From Verrucomicrobiales bacterium (GTDB lineage Bacteria > Verrucomicrobiota > Verrucomicrobiia > Verrucomicrobiales > V1-33): a stretch of 60,582 bases of DNA. The stretch lies in assembly GCA_031411295.1 (NCBI GenBank), contig JANOAV010000053.1:1-60582 (forward strand). The letters are read 5' to 3'. Shown here piece by piece: positions 57,186 to 60,582 of this stretch. The position numbers and the translations under genes are program-made. The stretch's first letter is position 1; every line of letters starts with the position of its first letter. The notes below the pieces were generated by a model. It did no database searches and was not told where the DNA came from. It saw only the letters and a program-made list of their open reading frames with translations.

Positions 57186-60100
57186 TTATTTCACATGCAT
57201 CACCCCGTGCATGATCACCCAGTGGCCGGGGAAGGTGCAGACATACGGGTAGTCGCCAGGCTCCTTCGGGGCTTTGAACCGAAGGGTTTCGGCGGTATTC
57301 GGGTTGAGCAATTTGGTGTGCCAGAGGATTTTATCCGTGGGCGGAATGAAGTCCTTCTTCATGCCTTCCGGGTCTTTAGCCATTTCATTTCCCGCCAGGC
57401 CGATGGCTTCGAGGGAGCCCGGGGTGCAGATCGCGAGGTTATGCGGGGTGGCGTCCGGGTTGCTGAATAGCAGGCTGACGGGTTGGTCGGGTTTCACGGT
57501 AAATTCCGTTTTATCGAACAACATGCGTTCCTTAACGCAGGTGATGGCAACTTTAACGACGCCCGGTTGCTTGTCGAAATCGGTTTCCGTAGTCGTGCGG
57601 GGACGTTCGAAAGGCGTGCGTTTATGAGCCTTCTCGAATTCCCGCACGAAGGTCACCGCCTGCGGATAACCACCGGCCTGCCAATGCCGCGCGAGCGCTT
57701 CCGATCCGAGCGAGGTGCGCACGGCGTATTTTAAATGATCGCCCATGGGCTGATCCAGCACGCCGATCACGGCATCGAGCGATTCCTTGGTGCCGAGATA
57801 ACTGGCGGCTATCACGGCCTCCATGCGCACGAGGCTGTTGGCGTCCTGGGCGCGTTGTTTGAGCTGTTCCATGCCATCTGGCAGCGTGAGGTAACGCAAT
57901 TGTCCGGTGGCCGCAGCGCGCGCGTGTGGCTCTTCGCAGTTGAGCAGCGATTTTAGCAGGGCCAGGTTTTCCCGGCTGATAGTGCGATACGTCCACATGG
58001 CTTCGACTTGATGATGACGGTAGCGCGCATCCTTGGTGTCCAACTGGGCGATCCAGCCGTCCAGTGCCGTTTTGACTTCATCTGCCGGGCGTTCATGCAG
58101 TTCGCGTTTGGCTTGGTAGCGCCAGCGGTAATGCGGGCTCTTCAGCAACTCCAGCAACGCTGGGATGGGGGCTCCGGCAATGACGGGCGGCTCTGCTAAG
58201 GTTGCGCCCTTGGGCACAATGCGCCAGATGCGACCACTGGTGCGTAGGCGGCGGGGATCGCGCAGGGAATACTGCGCGTGACCTTTGATGGGGTTATACC
58301 AATCGCAAATATAGCAGTCGCCCCGGGGGCCCATTTTGACATCCGTGGGGATGAAACTGAGGTTCGTGGAGAAGATGAGATCGCCCAGTTTTTGTTCCTC
58401 GTAATGATCATCTTTTTCGATCCATTGATGCATTTCAATGTTGTTCGTCGGCTTGTAGCGCGCCTTGATGAAGCCGCCCTGCAGCTCCTGCGGATAGAAA
58501 TCAAAGTCCACGAACTCATGACCGCAGGTGCCGGAATAAGCGGGCAGCGGGCCGACGCCTGGATGCTGCTCTGGATACGGCGGATTCGTGGCATGGAAGG
58601 CATTTGCGAAGATCGGGTGACTAGCCACATGATGGCCCCAGTCATCAAAGGTCACGCCCCAGGGATTCGTATTCGCATAGCTCCCGAACGAGCTGAGTCG
58701 TTGCGTGTCCGTGCGCAGACGGAACCACGTAGAGTTATCCGCGCGCACCGGGCCGTAGGCGGTCTCGATTTGACTGTGGAGGAAAATGGAATCGCGGAAA
58801 ATGAGATCGCCATCGGGCGTCCATACAAAATCATGCAGCGCGTGATGCGAGTCCTCTGTGCCGAAGCCCGTGAACATCTGCCGCCGGAAGTCCGCCTTGC
58901 CATCGCCATCGGTGTCTTTCAGAAAGGTCAGGTGCGGTTCATCGGAAACATAAACGCCGCCATCACCAAACTCGAACGCGAGGGGAATGTGCAAATGATC
59001 CGCCCAGACCGTGCATTTATCCGCCTTCCCGTCGTTGTCAGTATCTTCCAGAATCAAGATGCGATCACTCGGTTCCTGGCCGGGATACAAATGAGGATAC
59101 GCCTGCGAAGTGCTGACCCAGAGCCGACCGCGCGTGTCCCAGCGGAGTTGAATGGGATTGGCCAGTTCAGGAAATTGTTCTTCACTGGCAAAGAGATTGA
59201 CCGTGAAACGCGGGTCAACTTTGAACGACGCCAACTCATTGGCCGGTGTCATCCATTCGTTGGCCCCTTTGCTTTCTTTCGTTTCCGGCATCGGCGGAAC
59301 GTTGCTGTCATCCACGGGTTTGCCAGCGAACGATTTCCCCTGCGACAAATCCCAGATGCGTTGATCGCGATTGCTCACCATGACATCGAAACTCCGCATG
59401 GCTGGCAGGAAATCCAGATAGCCGTAATCCTTGCTGCGATCTCCCGTGTAATAGAACGCATTGAGCGGGCGATAGCGGCGGAAAAATTGCGTGTTCTTAT
59501 CCGTCACGGCAGCGCGCAACTCGGCGGAAATTTCCGGAGGCGACTGGGCGAAGGTCTCACGAAACAAAGCTTTTCCCAAGATGCCGTAACCTTTGTCTTC
59601 CAAGTGCACGCCATTGAAGGTGAGATCCGTCTTGGCATCCTGCATGGCCGCCTTGGTGGCATCGAAGACATTGGCGAAACCCACCTTCTGCGCCTTGGCT
59701 ACTTCCTGGATCGCTCGCGTGTAGTCGGCCAGCAACACATTGTTGCGATCCGCCGCCGCCACGCCTGACACGTTCTCATTCGCGATGGGAGACACTAGCA
59801 CGATGCGTGGTCCGGATTTGCCGTTGTAGGCATGCGTTTGCAATTCCTGCACCAGGGCAGTTAGCCGTTGTTTAAACGCCGCGATTTTCTCCGCTCCGGC
59901 AAATGATTCATTGAAACCGAAGGCGGCAAAAATCACATCCGCCTGCTGCACCTTGAGGTGTTGATTCAGCGTGCCGAAATTGTCCGGCCGCGGCATCAGA
60001 TCCACTTCGTCTGCGGACCACGCCAGGGTGCGCACTACCAGTTTCTGCGCAGGATGGGCCTGTTGCAGCATCGCTTCAAAATGCGGAAATTGGGCGCCAC

Positions 60101-60371
60101 GATCGAAGAGCGTATTGCCGATGAACACCACGTGGTCACTTGGCTTTAATTGCAATGGCATTGAAGTCTCCACCGCTGCGGTTACGGCGGGCTTGGGTGC
60201 GGACTTTTCGAAGATGCCATATTTTGCCAGCGCTGGATCCTCGGGCGGCAAGGGCTTGCCGCTTGGGATGTTCTTGGCATCCTGTAGCGGGGGAGTGGGC
60301 TTTGGTTTGGCGTCAGGCGCAGCGCTGACGCAGCAAAGGGTTAGGCCGAGAGCGAGGAAGGAGTATTTCAT
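57186..60371 (-). CDS. PVC-type membrane-associated dehydrogenase-like protein: SGNH-like domain, beta-propeller, HEAT repeats and C-terminal azurin/cupredoxin
   Basis: Signal peptide; FIGNT...FGFNES...NGVHL; EDTDNDGKAD propeller repeats; PHN...YVCTFPGHW..M type-1 copper ligands. Confidence 0.88.
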   Translation of the reverse strand: MKYSFLALGLTLCCVSAAPDAKPKPTPPLQDAKNIPSGKPLPPEDPALAKYGIFEKSAPKPAVTAAVETSMPLQLKPSDHVVFIGNTLFDRGAQFPHFEAMLQQAHPAQKLVVRTLAWSADEVDLMPRPDNFGTLNQHLKVQQADVIFAAFGFNESFAGAEKIAAFKQRLTALVQELQTHAYNGKSGPRIVLVSPIANENVSGVAAADRNNVLLADYTRAIQEVAKAQKVGFANVFDATKAAMQDAKTDLTFNGVHLEDKGYGILGKALFRETFAQSPPEISAELRAAVTDKNTQFFRRYRPLNAFYYTGDRSKDYGYLDFLPAMRSFDVMVSNRDQRIWDLSQGKSFAGKPVDDSNVPPMPETKESKGANEWMTPANELASFKVDPRFTVNLFASEEQFPELANPIQLRWDTRGRLWVSTSQAYPHLYPGQEPSDRILILEDTDNDGKADKCTVWADHLHIPLAFEFGDGGVYVSDEPHLTFLKDTDGDGKADFRRQMFTGFGTEDSHHALHDFVWTPDGDLIFRDSIFLHSQIETAYGPVRADNSTWFRLRTDTQRLSSFGSYANTNPWGVTFDDWGHHVASHPIFANAFHATNPPYPEQHPGVGPLPAYSGTCGHEFVDFDFYPQELQGGFIKARYKPTNNIEMHQWIEKDDHYEEQKLGDLIFSTNLSFIPTDVKMGPRGDCYICDWYNPIKGHAQYSLRDPRRLRTSGRIWRIVPKGATLAEPPVIAGAPIPALLELLKSPHYRWRYQAKRELHERPADEVKTALDGWIAQLDTKDARYRHHQVEAMWTYRTISRENLALLKSLLNCEEPHARAAATGQLRYLTLPDGMEQLKQRAQDANSLVRMEAVIAASYLGTKESLDAVIGVLDQPMGDHLKYAVRTSLGSEALARHWQAGGYPQAVTFVREFEKAHKRTPFERPRTTTETDFDKQPGVVKVAITCVKERMLFDKTEFTVKPDQPVSLLFSNPDATPHNLAICTPGSLEAIGLAGNEMAKDPEGMKKDFIPPTDKILWHTKLLNPNTAETLRFKAPKEPGDYPYVCTFPGHWVIMHGVMHVK

Positions 60372-60582
60372 GAAGGAGGATCGGGGGAGAGCGGAGTGGA
60401 TTTATTATAGCTTGCTAGTTCTAAGAGTGGAATTCAATGCGAATGCCCTCCGATTCTGCGGACTGCTCATAGGGGAATTTCGCCATGGGAACAAGTGCTG
60501 TAGGTTTTGCCGGTGGCCAACTTATGTGAACCTAGCCTACGTGTCGCAACGAAATGTGGCGGGGGCATTCTGCCCCCTAGCC

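Noticed and set aside
58278..59768. 496-aa plus-strand ORF (and similar long antisense ORFs elsewhere)
   Set aside because: Shadow frame of a well-supported opposite-strand gene in GC-rich DNA.

Overview
A GC-rich bacterial chromosome segment. The gene content and sequence style suggest Verrucomicrobiota (inference). The left end holds a complete type II-C-like CRISPR-Cas locus: a divergent ~1219-aa Cas9, cas1, cas2 and an array with 36-bp repeats that runs off the window edge. Its guide-RNA architecture looks unusual. The repeat carries its own GC hairpin, and the only candidate tracrRNA (about 5281-5393, divergent from cas9, three stem-loops plus a U-tract) has only about 10 nt of complementarity to the repeat. 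Next is an accessory region with a frameshifted ice-binding (DUF3494) autotransporter, REP-like repeats, and an m6A-methyltransferase plus PD-(D/E)xK cassette that appears to have replaced the interior of a type ISP restriction gene. The middle contains a nonaheme cytochrome, an MBOAT surface-acylation cluster, a large secreted glycoside hydrolase, an ABC-ATPase/TOPRIM-like pair, housekeeping genes and an archaeal-type phosphopantothenate synthetase. A defence island beside tRNA-Leu(TAA) contains a type I RM operon with a VapBC cassette and two tandem Septu-like ATPase/HNH modules nested inside. All family calls come from motif recognition by eye; no database searches were run.
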